A stretch of DNA of 64,000 bases. Origin: Candidatus Latescibacterota bacterium (GTDB lineage Bacteria; Krumholzibacteriota; Krumholzibacteriia; WVZY01; JAKEHA01). Numbering within the stretch: the first letter of the stretch is position 1; every line of letters starts with the position of its first letter. Position numbers and translations under genes: made by a program. The stretch covers positions 2,272,001-2,336,000 of the forward strand of contig OY970173.1 of assembly GCA_963707635.1 (NCBI GenBank). Reading direction: 5' to 3'. This document shows positions 42,014 through 51,880 of this stretch, piece by piece. Under the pieces are notes generated by a model. The model had not been told where the DNA came from. It searched no databases and was given only the letters and a program-made list of their open reading frames with translations.

Positions 42014-44710
42014 CTACTCCCGGTCCGGCGCGAGCAGCGCGAGCGACTCGACGAGCTTCGTGCGCTCGACTTCCAGGCGCGCGTGGCGCTCGCGCTCGCG
42101 CTCCACCACCTCGGGCTTCGCCCTCGACACGAAGCTCTCGTTGGCCAGCCTCCCCCCAGTGTCCGCGAGCTCGCGCTCAACCCGCTGCCGCTCCTTCTCG
42201 AGACGGGCGCGCTCGGCGTCGAGGTCCACGATCCCTGCGAGCGGCACGACGACTTCGATCTCGCCGACCGGAGTGGCGGCGCTGCCCCGCTCCTTGCCGA
42301 CGGCGGGGCCGGCCTCGAGCGACGCCGCGCCCGCCAGGCGCAGGATCCCGTCGGACGCCGCGCGCAGCACGGCGGCGTTCGCCTCCGACGCGCGGACCCG
42401 TACCGGCACGCGTGCGCCCGGGCTCACCCGGTACGCGGCGCGGACGTTGCGCACCGAGACGACCACGTCGCGCAAGAGCCCCATGCGCTGTTCCGCTTCC
42501 GCGTCCACCCGGTCGGCGGCGCCGCGCGGATACGCGTTCTCGAGCACGAGCCCTCTCGCCATCGGGAGCACGCTCCAGATCTCTTCGGTCAGGTAGGGCA
42601 TCAGCGGGTGGATGAGCTTCACCGACTGCCCGAGCACGTAGAGCAGAACCGCCAGCACCGTGCGCCGGTCGCCTTCGCCGTACAGGCGCACCTTGGCCAG
42701 TTCGAGGTACCAGTCACAGAAGTCGTGCCAGAAGAAGTCGTAGAGGCGCAGCGCGCCGTCGTTGAGCCGCCACTCCTCGAAGCACCGGTTGGTATCGAGC
42801 TCGCAGCGGTTGAGCGCGGAAAGGATCCAGCGATCCTCCCACGCGAGCTCCGGCTCGAACGCGAGGTCGCTGCCGAACGTGTGCCGCCAGCTCGCCGCCA
42901 GCGGGTGGGCTCCCGCCCCGGCGTCGGCGAAGATCGGGCTGGTTTCCTTCTCGAACGCGCCCATCACCAGCCGGGACGCCTGCCACACCTTGTTGGTGAA
43001 GTTGCGCCCGAGCTCCAGCTTCTCTTCGTCGAAGAAGACGTCCTTGCCCGGGGGCGAGAGCATCGCGAGCGTGAAACGAAACGCGTCCGTTCCCCAGCGG
43101 TCGATCAAATCCAGCGGGTCGGGCGAATTCCCCAGCGACTTGCTCATCTTGCGGCCGATCCCGTCGCGCACGATGCCGGTCAGGAACACGTGACGGAACG
43201 GAACCTCGCCCAGGAACTCGAGCGAGGCCATGATCATGCGCGCCACCCAGAAGAAGATGATTTCGGGCGCGGTCACCAGCACCGACGTGGGGTGGTAGCG
43301 CTCGAGGTCCGGCGCGTGCTCGTCCGGCCAGCCCAGCGGAGAGAACGTCCACAGCCAGGAGGAGAACCAGGTGTCGAGCACGTCTTCGTCCTGGCGAAGG
43401 TCGGTGTCGCCGCAGGTCGCGCACGCGCTCGGGTCGGTGCGCGCCACCGTGATGTGGCCGTTCTTCGCGCAGTACCACACCGGGATCCGGTGACCCCACC
43501 ACAGCTGCCGCGAGATGCACCAGTCGCGGATGCCGTTCATCCACGCCATGTAGACGTTACGCCACCGCGCCGGATAAAACGTGATCTCGTCGTTTTCGAC
43601 CGCGCGGATCGCCGGCGCCGCGAGCGGCTGCATGCGCACGAACCACTGCGTCGACAGGAGTTGTTCGATCACCGTGCCGCAGCGGTCGTGGGTGCCGAGC
43701 GCGTGCCGGTACGGCTCGACCTTCACCAGCGCCCCGATTGCTTCGAGCATGGCGACCACGCGCGCGCGCGCCTCGAAGCGGTCGAGGCCCTCGAAATCCT
43801 TCCCCGCGTCCCGCGTCATGCGCCCGCTGCGGTCGATCACGACCACGGCCGGGAGGTGGTGGCGCTGGCCGATGCCGAAGTCGGTCGCGTCGTGCGCCGG
43901 CGTCACCTTGAGGAAGCCGGAGCCGAATTCCTTCTGGACCGCGGCGTCGGCCACGATGGGAAGCGCGCGCCCCACGATCGGGAGCGTGCATGTCGTTCCC
44001 ACCAGCGCGCGCTTCGACGCGTCGTCGGGGCTGACCGCCACCGCCGTGTCCCCCAGCATCGTCTCGGGCCGGGTGGTGGCCACGACGACGTCGCCGTGCG
44101 CCGACGGGTAACGAATCCAGTAGAGTTTGCCGTCGCGTTCCTCGTACTGGACTTCTTCGTCGGAGATCGCGGTCTGACACGACGGGCACCAGTTGACGAT
44201 GTAGTCGCCGCGATAGACGAGTCCCTTCTCGTACAGGCGCACGAAGGCCTCGCGCACCGCGCGCGAACGCGCCTCGTCGAGCGTGAACGCCTCGCGGCTC
44301 CAGTCGAACGCGCACCCGAGCTGCTTCATCTGCTCCACGATGCGATCGTGGTGGTGGTCCTTCCATTTCCACGCGTGGGAGAGAAACTCCTCGCGCGTCA
44401 TTTCGGCGCGTTTCTTCCCCTCCTTGAGCAGCGCGGCCTCCACCACTTTCTGGGTGGCGATGCCGGCGTGATCCGTCCCCGGGATCCACAGTGTCCGATA
44501 GCCGCGCATCTTCTTCCAACGAATCAGAAGGTCCTGGACGGTGTCGCCGAGCACATGGCCGACGTGCAGTACGCCGGTGACGTTGGGAGGGGGCAGTGTG
44601 ATCACGAACGGGGGCTGTGCCGACGCGTCGTCGGGGACGAAGAGGCGGCGCGCGTCCCATTCGCGGTTCCAGCGCGCGCGCGCGGCCGCGGGGTCGAAGT
44701 GTTTTTCCAT
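42014..44710 (-). CDS. valS: Valyl-tRNA synthetase
   Basis: PPPNVTGVLHVGH, GTDHAGIATQ, DWCISRQLWWGH, KMSKS; C-terminal coiled coil. Confidence 0.98.
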   Translation of the reverse strand: MEKHFDPAAARARWNREWDARRLFVPDDASAQPPFVITLPPPNVTGVLHVGHVLGDTVQDLLIRWKKMRGYRTLWIPGTDHAGIATQKVVEAALLKEGKKRAEMTREEFLSHAWKWKDHHHDRIVEQMKQLGCAFDWSREAFTLDEARSRAVREAFVRLYEKGLVYRGDYIVNWCPSCQTAISDEEVQYEERDGKLYWIRYPSAHGDVVVATTRPETMLGDTAVAVSPDDASKRALVGTTCTLPIVGRALPIVADAAVQKEFGSGFLKVTPAHDATDFGIGQRHHLPAVVVIDRSGRMTRDAGKDFEGLDRFEARARVVAMLEAIGALVKVEPYRHALGTHDRCGTVIEQLLSTQWFVRMQPLAAPAIRAVENDEITFYPARWRNVYMAWMNGIRDWCISRQLWWGHRIPVWYCAKNGHITVARTDPSACATCGDTDLRQDEDVLDTWFSSWLWTFSPLGWPDEHAPDLERYHPTSVLVTAPEIIFFWVARMIMASLEFLGEVPFRHVFLTGIVRDGIGRKMSKSLGNSPDPLDLIDRWGTDAFRFTLAMLSPPGKDVFFDEEKLELGRNFTNKVWQASRLVMGAFEKETSPIFADAGAGAHPLAASWRHTFGSDLAFEPELAWEDRWILSALNRCELDTNRCFEEWRLNDGALRLYDFFWHDFCDWYLELAKVRLYGEGDRRTVLAVLLYVLGQSVKLIHPLMPYLTEEIWSVLPMARGLVLENAYPRGAADRVDAEAEQRMGLLRDVVVSVRNVRAAYRVSPGARVPVRVRASEANAAVLRAASDGILRLAGAASLEAGPAVGKERGSAATPVGEIEVVVPLAGIVDLDAERARLEKERQRVERELADTGGRLANESFVSRAKPEVVERERERHARLEVERTKLVESLALLAPDRE

Positions 44711-44777
44711 GGTGGTGCGGTTCAAGGAGCGCTCCGGCGCCGGTACGAGTGGATCGTCAAACCCGTTGCGAGACGGG

Positions 44778-44806
44778 AAAATAGCACCGTAGGCCGGGGC
44801 GGTCAA
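44778..44806 (-). promoter_or_regulatory. Putative sigma70 promoter of valS (TTGACC-N17-TATTTT, extended -10)
   Basis: Correct spacing about 70 nt upstream of the valS start. Confidence 0.5.
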
Positions 44807-44842
44807 CCGGTGAGGACGGCCGCCAGCCCGCTCGCCACCGCG

Positions 44843-45739
44843 CTACCGGGCCGGGTCCACGGCCACGAGCGCGATCCACGGTCCGTCCGGGCTCACGGCG
44901 ATTCGCGTCACCGTCGTGATCCCGGCGCCGGCGAAGTCCGCGACTTCTCTCCAGCGCGGACTTTCGAAGGGGCGCGCGGCGAACAGCCTGGCGCCATCGG
45001 CCATCACCAGGGTGTCGCCGATCCACGCCGCGTCCTGGCCGCCGCCCACCGCGTCGATCAGCGGACGGGGCTCCCCGGCTGGCAGCGGAAGCGTGAGCAG
45101 CCGAAACGCATACGTGCCGTCGTCCTCGCGCGAGAGAAAACTCACACCCCGCCCGCCGGGCGCGACCAGGATCGAACGCCCAATGTCTCGCGCGACAGTC
45201 GTCTCTTCTTGCGTCACCACGTCCACCAGCCGGAGCGTGTGCGGGGAGCCGACCACGAACACCACCAGCGTGCGCTCGTCCCACCACGCGAAATAGCCGA
45301 CCGAGTCGACCTCGCTTGCGACGAGCCGCGGGTTCGACCCGTCCATGTCGAAGCGCCACAGGCGCTGCGTGCTGTCGGCTTCGACGCGCACGGTCACAAA
45401 CCCGTCTCCCGGAGCCGCCAGCGGGGTCGGCGAGTACTCGCTCTCGGGCGTGGAGGTGACCCGGCGCGCCTGGCCGCGTGTCACGTTGAGCCGAAACACA
45501 TCCGTCTGCCCGGAGGAGTCTGCCGCGACGAACAGTAGTTCACTGTCCCCGGGCAGGAAGCAGGGCTGGTTATCATATCCCGGTCGATGGGTGACATTGT
45601 GCGGGGTCCCGACATGCATCGAATCGCCGGTCACCCAGAACGGGGCCACCCAGATATCGGCCGAAGGCGGCTGGGCGGACGCGGTGGAGACGGTCAGGGC
45701 CAGGGCCAGAATCGACCCGACCAGGCGCATATATTGCAT
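44843..45739 (-). CDS. Exported TolB-like (PD40) beta-propeller protein
   Basis: Signal peptide; GYDNQPCF, TPESEYSP, VGYFAW, IAVSPDG. Confidence 0.75.
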   Translation of the reverse strand: MQYMRLVGSILALALTVSTASAQPPSADIWVAPFWVTGDSMHVGTPHNVTHRPGYDNQPCFLPGDSELLFVAADSSGQTDVFRLNVTRGQARRVTSTPESEYSPTPLAAPGDGFVTVRVEADSTQRLWRFDMDGSNPRLVASEVDSVGYFAWWDERTLVVFVVGSPHTLRLVDVVTQEETTVARDIGRSILVAPGGRGVSFLSREDDGTYAFRLLTLPLPAGEPRPLIDAVGGGQDAAWIGDTLVMADGARLFAARPFESPRWREVADFAGAGITTVTRIAVSPDGPWIALVAVDPAR

Positions 45740-45781
45740 AAGCTTACATCACCCACTTTAGAAGTAAGGGGAAGCGAAGAA

Positions 45782-45810
45782 TTGACGGCTGCGTCCCGGG
45801 AGCGTATAAT
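45782..45810 (+). promoter_or_regulatory. Sigma70 promoter (TTGACG-N17-TATAAT)
   Basis: Near-perfect consensus upstream of the sugar dehydrogenase gene. Confidence 0.75.
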
Positions 45811-45907
45811 GAAGGTCCCCGTAAATCCATTCAGACCTTTCGGGTGCGGGCGCGCCCCTGGTCCGGAGCCCCGAGCACGTGGGCGGCCCGGTGATCCCGA
45901 GCGCAGG

Positions 45908-47368
45908 ATGTCTATCAGGACGTTGTATCGAGTTTCTGGTTTGGGCGCCGTGGCCGGCGCGATGCTGCTCTCGACGGGGCCGGCGCGCGCCGATTACAGC
46001 CTGACGCAGGCATTCCCCAACTTCACGTTCTCGTTCGCGACCGATATCCAGGCCGCGAACGACGGATCCAACCGATTGTTCGTCGTGGAGAAACGCGGCG
46101 TCATCTGGGTATTCACGGCCGACGTCCAGTCGACGGTGAAGACCGAGTTCCTCAATATCTCGAGCCAGGTCCGTACCTCGGGCGAGGCCGGCCTCTTGGG
46201 GCTCGCCTTCCACCCGAACTACAAGACGAACGGGTGGTTCTACGTCTTCTACGTGTCCCAGTACCCGTACCGGACCATCGTCGCCCGCTACAAGGTCAGC
46301 TCGAACCCGAACGTCGCCGATCCGGCCAGCGAAAGCATCCTGATCGATAACGCCCAATCGACCGTGTACCACAACGGCGGCCAGCTTGCGTTCGGCCCCG
46401 ACGGGTATCTCTACATCGGCATGGGAGACAACTTCACCTCGGCGACCGCGCAGGACCTCACGGACCTGCCCGGCTCGATTCTGCGCATCGACGTGGACGT
46501 GACCCCGCCGCCGGGCGGAGCGGCCGCGCCGGCGTACGAGATTCCCCCGGACAACCCCTTCGCGAACAACCCGAACGGTTACCGGCAGGAGATCTATGCG
46601 TACGGGTTTCGCAACCCCTGGCGCTTCTGCATCGACAAGATGAGCGGAGAAATGTGGGCGTCCGACGTCGGACAGGACACCTACGAAGAAATCGACATCG
46701 TGGAGAAGGGGCGCAACTACGGCTGGCCGTTGATGGAGGGGCCGGACTGCTACGGCGCCCCGTGCGATCCGGTCGGTGACGATCTCGTGCTGCCGTTCTA
46801 CTCGTACACGCACGCCGAAGGGGTCGCGGTGATCGGCGGGTACCGGTACTGGGGGCGTCGCATCCCGGAGCTGGTCGGTTATTACGTCTTCGCAGATTAC
46901 ACCGGCGGTGAAGTGTGGGGGCTGCGCTTCGACGGCGCCGCGGGCCCGGAGCGTTTCGACCTGGTCGTGAACGCGCCCGACCTGCTCACCTTCGGCCTGG
47001 GTCCGACGGGCGATCTGCTCGCGGCATCCAGCGACGGGTATATCTACCATCTCGAACGCGTGGTGACATCGGCGCCGGTGGGCTCGCCCGCCGCATCGCA
47101 ACTGCTCGGCAACTACCCGAACCCGTTCAACCCGTCGACGACGATCCGCTACCACCTCGCGAGCGCCGCGAGCGTATCGATCGAGATCTTCGGCGTGGAT
47201 GGCAGCCGCGTGGCGCGTTACGACCTCGGGTCCCGGCCCGCCGGCGATCACCGCCTCGAATGGAACGGCCGCGCCGCCACCGGACCTGCCGCCAGCGGGG
47301 TTTATTTCTGCCGGCTGGTGGTCGATGGCGCGGGGGTCAATACGATTCACATGGTGCTGGTCCAGTAG
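45908..47368 (+). CDS. PQQ-dependent glucose/sorbosone dehydrogenase-family protein with T9SS-type C-terminal domain
   Basis: GEAGLLGLAFHP, HNGGQLAFGPDGYLY, GFRNPWR, GRNYGWP; CTD GNYPNPFNPSTTIRY..WNG..ASGVYFCRL. Confidence 0.88.
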   Translation: MSIRTLYRVSGLGAVAGAMLLSTGPARADYSLTQAFPNFTFSFATDIQAANDGSNRLFVVEKRGVIWVFTADVQSTVKTEFLNISSQVRTSGEAGLLGLAFHPNYKTNGWFYVFYVSQYPYRTIVARYKVSSNPNVADPASESILIDNAQSTVYHNGGQLAFGPDGYLYIGMGDNFTSATAQDLTDLPGSILRIDVDVTPPPGGAAAPAYEIPPDNPFANNPNGYRQEIYAYGFRNPWRFCIDKMSGEMWASDVGQDTYEEIDIVEKGRNYGWPLMEGPDCYGAPCDPVGDDLVLPFYSYTHAEGVAVIGGYRYWGRRIPELVGYYVFADYTGGEVWGLRFDGAAGPERFDLVVNAPDLLTFGLGPTGDLLAASSDGYIYHLERVVTSAPVGSPAASQLLGNYPNPFNPSTTIRYHLASAASVSIEIFGVDGSRVARYDLGSRPAGDHRLEWNGRAATGPAASGVYFCRLVVDGAGVNTIHMVLVQ

Positions 47369-47490
47369 CGCTCGTGAAAACGCCCGCGCCATTCGCGCGT
47401 TGACACGCCGCCCGGGGCCGCACACTATTCCCTGTGTTGCGATTGCCGCCCCCGGCGCGTCCACACCCCCTGGAGAGAGGCTGTATCGTC

Positions 47491-48126
47491 ATGACATCCG
47501 TGCGCGTCTTCACGACCATCGTGGTGGCCGGCGCCGTCGTCGCCGCCTGCGCCGGACCCGCCGGCGCGCTGGTCCGGCGGGTCGATGCCCCCCTGCTCTG
47601 GCACCGGACCGCGGTCTCGGGCTTCTACGGCAACGGACTTCCGGTCGGCGAGTTCGCCGATTCCCGCGAAGGCGACGGAAACCACGAGGACTGGGCCCCC
47701 GACTGGACGGTCGAGATCGAACACTTCGCGAGCCGGACGGTCTCGATCGGGTTCTCGATGGCGAACACCACCTACACCGACAAGACCTTTTCCGACCTCG
47801 AAACCAACCTGAGCAGCTACTCGGGGTTTCTGCGCGCGGTCGTCCCGACCGGATCCGCCGTGCGACCCTACGTGCGCGGCGGGGTCGGCAGCGTCCAGGT
47901 CGAGTTCCAGGATTCCACTTCGCGGGTGGACGCGGAATACGCGTGGTCGTTCCAGTTCGGGGGCGGGCTCTTGTGGCTGCCGGTACGATGGCTGGGAATC
48001 AACGCGCAGGCGCTCTACTATCTGGATTCCACGGAAGACTCGTACATCGCGGAAAACAACACCGTGGTCGGGTTCGACTGCAAGTACTGGGTGTTCGCCG
48101 GCGGCCTGAGTCTGTTCTTTCCTTGA
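47491..48126 (+). CDS. Small outer-membrane beta-barrel (OmpA/OmpW-like porin family)
   Basis: Signal peptide, RPYVRGGVG, FQFGGG, alternating aromatic strands. Confidence 0.7.
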   Translation: MTSVRVFTTIVVAGAVVAACAGPAGALVRRVDAPLLWHRTAVSGFYGNGLPVGEFADSREGDGNHEDWAPDWTVEIEHFASRTVSIGFSMANTTYTDKTFSDLETNLSSYSGFLRAVVPTGSAVRPYVRGGVGSVQVEFQDSTSRVDAEYAWSFQFGGGLLWLPVRWLGINAQALYYLDSTEDSYIAENNTVVGFDCKYWVFAGGLSLFFP

Positions 48127-48152
48127 TTCGGGCCCCGATTCCGGCCCCGGCC

Positions 48153-48988
48153 CTACGAGCCCAGCACGATCGCGGCGATACCGGCGAACATCGATAGCTT
48201 GAGCGCCCGGCTCACGCGCGCGAACGTCGCCTTGCGCGGCGAACGGACGATCGCGAGCGCGCCCAGGATGAGCGACGGTTCCACCAGCAGCGCCATTACG
48301 AGCAGATACAGGGGGCCGTAGACGCCGGCGACGGCGGGCGCGGGAATCCAAGCCGCCAACGCCAGCATCGACGCGGCGGCGATGCGCGCCGCACTATCGC
48401 GGCCGAGCGTCACCGCGACCGTGCGCACGCCGGCGGCTCTGTCCCCGTCGAGATCCTCCCCCCCTTCACCAGCTCCCGGCACATCACGAACGCGAACGCG
48501 ATGCCGGCGGGTATCACGGCGGCCCGCGGCCGACCGGCGGCGAGCGCACCCGCCGCGAAGGCGCTCGCGGAGACTCCGGCCACGAGCAGGTTGCCGGCGC
48601 CCAGCACACGCTTGAACCAGCGCGCATACGCGTACAGCGCAACCTGCCACGCGATGACCACGATGGCGAGGTCGCGCTCCAGCCACACGAGCGCGCCGAA
48701 CAGGGTCAGCACCGTCGCCCCCGCGTACGTCCAGCGCGCCGCCGTCCGCGACACCCGGCCGGAGGGGAGGGGGCGCGTGGGCTTGTTCACGCGGTCGATC
48801 GCCTCGTCGTAGCAGTCGTTGATCACGTTCCCCGCTCCCGTTGCCAGGCCGGCGAGCAACGCGAGCGCGACCACGCCGGCGGGGTCGCGTCCACCCGCCG
48901 CGTAGTAGCCCGCGCCCACGCCGAAGGACGCGGCGAGCATGTTGTGAGGCCGGAAAATCTGTGCGACGGAGAGAACGCGCGACGCCAT
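48153..48988 (-). CDS. UbiA-family prenyltransferase, DGGGP-synthase-like (apparent -1 frameshift in the C7 run 48458-48464)
   Basis: RPHN, GNVINDCYDEAIDRVNKPTRPLPSG, GNLLVA, RELVK..EDLDGDRAAGVRT after the shift. Confidence 0.8.
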
Positions 48989-48997
48989 CCCGCTACC

Positions 48998-50533
48998 TTA
49001 CGGGATGTCCCAGCGAATCTCCAGCCGGAAGGAATCGTCGTTGCCGTCGTCGCCGGCCACGCGCCCGCGGTTTTCCACGCGCGTGTGCGCGTACGACGCC
49101 GCGACCCACGAGTCGCCGTCGAACTCCCAGCGCGCGGCCAGCGCGACGCCCACCGTTCTTTCCACGACCCCCGAGGGGAACGGCGGGTCGGGGTCGTCCA
49201 CCGCGAGGTCGAACGCGCGCAGGTCGTTCCCCTCCCCCACGCGGCGCCCGGCTCCCGAGAGCGCCACGGCGAAATTGGCGCGGGGGTACACGTCGGCGCC
49301 GAGCTGCCATTCGTCCGCGTCCGGACCGGGCAGCCCGCCGAGCAGCGCGTCGCCTTCTGCGATCTCGCCGGCCCCGGTCACGTACACGGAGAGCGAATCC
49401 AGGTGCGAGTAGGTGTAGATGTCCACCCGCCGGTAGCGCGCCTGCAGCTCGAGGCCGAGCGGTCGCGCGGGGACCCAGCGGGCCCCGACGTCGTACGCGA
49501 GCTTGTCGGGATAGCCGTCGGACCGCTCGAACTGCACGTCGTCGACGAGCAGACTCCCGAAGACGGTGACGCCGGCGAGCGTCGTTTTCGCGTCCACCGA
49601 CCAGATCAGGTTGTCCTCGTTGGTCCGTTCGTTGAACTGATTCGCGTAGTACCAGGAAACCGGAAAGAGGTAGAGCCAGTCGAACGGACGGCCCCCGTAG
49701 ACGACAGTCTCGCTCAAACCGACCACCGTGCGCCCGAAGGCGCCCTCGAGCCGGTGGCCGACCAGGTACCGCTCGGGCGCGGTGTAGAGCTGGCCATAGA
49801 ACGCGTCGAGCCGCAGCGACCGGAACTTGAGCCGCCATGACAGCTGGTCGATGGTGGTGCGCGCCCCCGGCACGATGAGCCCGCCACCGGCACCCGGGCC
49901 CCAGTCGACCTGTTCACGCCCCGCGAGCACGTCGACCTGGTCCCACGACCCCACCACGTAGGAACGGTCGTAGAGCGAGGTCAGCCCTTTGAAGCTCTTC
50001 TCGCGCCGCGACGGCTTCTGATTGCGTGCGCGCTCGTCGTTCTCGGGGCCAAATAGAAGCTGGTAGCGCAGGTCGTAGGTAACGTGGTTGCCGGCGTGGA
50101 CCTTCATCGTCGGTGACGCGCCGAGGAACACCTCCACCTCGTCCGCGCCCGGCGCCTGCTCCACGTAGGGGCGGAGATCGAAATCACCCTCGAGCGCCAC
50201 GGCGCGGTCCTCGGCGTAGAGCGCGCGATCGTAGCGTCGCCTCGGGTCGTCGGTGGCCGTGAATTCGCGTTCGAGGCGGTCGAGCTCGTAGGCATCGCGC
50301 GCGGACAGGACCCGCGCGCCCGCGCGCGCGGCGATGCCGGAGACGATCGCGCGGATCTCGGCGCGACCCAGCGGCCGCGTCTCCGGGAGCGTGCACATGC
50401 CGAGGGTTTCGAAACGCTCGAGCGCGGGGTAGCACCAGTTGTCGACGGGGATGCGCTCGTTGCCGGCCGCGCGGGACGCCGCGGGCAGGCACACGACGAG
50501 CGCCAGGGCGGCGACGAATCGACGCGGAGTCAC
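48998..50533 (-). CDS. Capsule-assembly Wzi-family outer-membrane protein
   Basis: Signal peptide, GREQVDWGPG.GGLIV, GHRLE, GLSETVVYG, LGGLPGPD. Confidence 0.65.
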   Translation of the reverse strand: MTPRRFVAALALVVCLPAASRAAGNERIPVDNWCYPALERFETLGMCTLPETRPLGRAEIRAIVSGIAARAGARVLSARDAYELDRLEREFTATDDPRRRYDRALYAEDRAVALEGDFDLRPYVEQAPGADEVEVFLGASPTMKVHAGNHVTYDLRYQLLFGPENDERARNQKPSRREKSFKGLTSLYDRSYVVGSWDQVDVLAGREQVDWGPGAGGGLIVPGARTTIDQLSWRLKFRSLRLDAFYGQLYTAPERYLVGHRLEGAFGRTVVGLSETVVYGGRPFDWLYLFPVSWYYANQFNERTNEDNLIWSVDAKTTLAGVTVFGSLLVDDVQFERSDGYPDKLAYDVGARWVPARPLGLELQARYRRVDIYTYSHLDSLSVYVTGAGEIAEGDALLGGLPGPDADEWQLGADVYPRANFAVALSGAGRRVGEGNDLRAFDLAVDDPDPPFPSGVVERTVGVALAARWEFDGDSWVAASYAHTRVENRGRVAGDDGNDDSFRLEIRWDIP

Positions 50534-50546
50534 GCCCGCGTACCGG

Positions 50547-51668
50547 CTACGCCACCCGCTGGCGGATCGCGGCGAGTTTGGCGTCGGCCGCGCGGTAGCT
50601 GGCCCGCGCCTCCTCGCGCATGTCGGCACGGTCGTACACCATGCCGAGCGCGTAGAAGGCTCGGTGGTCGTCGGGTGTGAGCTCCGTCACCCGCTTCAGC
50701 GGCGGAATCGCCTTCGCGGCCTGGCCGAGGTGGTTGTAGCACATGCCGATGTGGTAGAGGATCGACGGATGGTCGGGATTCGACTTGAGAGCTCCCTGCA
50801 GGAGCTTCACCGCGCGCCCGTAGAGACCCTTTCGAAAATAGATCATCCCCACGAAGAACGGCGCATTCGCGTGGGCCGCGTCGAGACGGGTCACGCGGCG
50901 AAACGACTCCAACGCACCGTCGAGATCACCCTGCTCGTAGAGTGCGACCCCGAGATTGTAGTGCGCTTCCACGCTCCCCGGAGAGAGCCGGATCGCGTGC
51001 CGGAATTCGCGCACCGCTTCTTCGTGGCTTCCGTGTTCGCCGTAGAGCGCGCCGAGGTTGAAGTGCGCTTCCGCGCTCTGCGGGTTGACCTGCAGCGCGC
51101 GGCGAAAGAGCTGGATCGCCTGCGACCCGTCGCCGCGCAGATCCATCAGAAACCCGAGGTTGGTGTAGGCGCGCGCGTGACGGCGGTCGAGTGCGATGGC
51201 GCGCCGATAACTGGCCTCGGCGTCAGAGCGGCGCTCGTTGCAGGACAGGGTGACGCCGAGCCGGTAGTGGCACTCGGCGTTGTCGGGTTCGAGTTCGATC
51301 GCGCGCCGGTGAGCGGCCAGCGCTTCGTCGAGCCGCCCGAGCCGGTCGTAGACCCGGCCCAGGAAGTACACCGGGAGCGCTCGCACCGGTGCTTCCGCCG
51401 CGAGGCGCTCGAAACAATCCAGGGCAGCGTACAACTCGCCCGCTTCGAGCAGGAACCGTCCGATCACTTCGAGCAGGCCGTCCGGGAGCGCGTCCCGGCG
51501 GGCCAGCTGCCGAGCCAACGCCAGCGCGTCGCGCCGACGCCCCTCGTCCCATCCCATCCGCACCTGCTCGAACTCCGCCGCCGCATCGGCCACCGCCGCC
51601 GCCCGGCGGCGAAGCAGCGGGATGCGGGACGGCAACCCCTTTTCGTTACGACCTACCGATAGTCGCAC
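50547..51668 (-). CDS. TPR-repeat protein
   Basis: Many TPRs (AEAHFNLG, VEAHYNLGVAL); GTG 51668 with AGGAGG. Confidence 0.88.
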   Translation of the reverse strand: MRLSVGRNEKGLPSRIPLLRRRAAAVADAAAEFEQVRMGWDEGRRRDALALARQLARRDALPDGLLEVIGRFLLEAGELYAALDCFERLAAEAPVRALPVYFLGRVYDRLGRLDEALAAHRRAIELEPDNAECHYRLGVTLSCNERRSDAEASYRRAIALDRRHARAYTNLGFLMDLRGDGSQAIQLFRRALQVNPQSAEAHFNLGALYGEHGSHEEAVREFRHAIRLSPGSVEAHYNLGVALYEQGDLDGALESFRRVTRLDAAHANAPFFVGMIYFRKGLYGRAVKLLQGALKSNPDHPSILYHIGMCYNHLGQAAKAIPPLKRVTELTPDDHRAFYALGMVYDRADMREEARASYRAADAKLAAIRQRVA

Positions 51669-51744
51669 GACCCCTCCTGTACCGAACCGGGTCCCAGACG
51701 CCAGAACCAATTAAATTACAACGAGATAACTCGACTCGGGCGTG

Positions 51745-51774
51745 ACCGTAGTACAGGCGAGAAAATTCTGTCAA
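51745..51774 (-). promoter_or_regulatory. Putative sigma70 promoter (TTGACA-N18-TACGGT) of the TPR/wzi/ubiA-like genes
   Basis: Perfect -35 in an AT-rich intergenic tract. Confidence 0.5.
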
Positions 51775-51823
51775 GAAATTTCAGCGAAGACGGAACTGAT
51801 TTGCGGAAAGTCGGTTCTGGCGG

Positions 51824-51832
51824 TTATCCACA
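51824..51832 (+). promoter_or_regulatory. Perfect DnaA box TTATCCACA
   Basis: Exact consensus in an intergenic region; single copy. Confidence 0.45.
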
Positions 51833-51880
51833 GAAATCCTGCCGCCGCTGCGTGCGGGCGTGGCGACGCCCCGGCGGGCG

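Noticed and set aside
44711..44840. T-box leader upstream of valS
   Set aside because: Too short and no T-box consensus
41810..45538. 1242-aa plus-strand ORF and other long antisense ORFs (e.g. 7430..9955, 61305..63836, 1292..3232)
   Set aside because: Shadow ORFs opposite well-supported genes; Arg/Ala-rich and motif-less, as expected at this GC content
45811..45907. Riboswitch in the leader of the sugar dehydrogenase gene
   Set aside because: Small hairpins are present, but I could not match the conserved core of any riboswitch class
51699..51840. Replication origin
   Set aside because: Only one perfect DnaA box and no dnaA/dnaN/gidA context; kept only as a regulatory candidate
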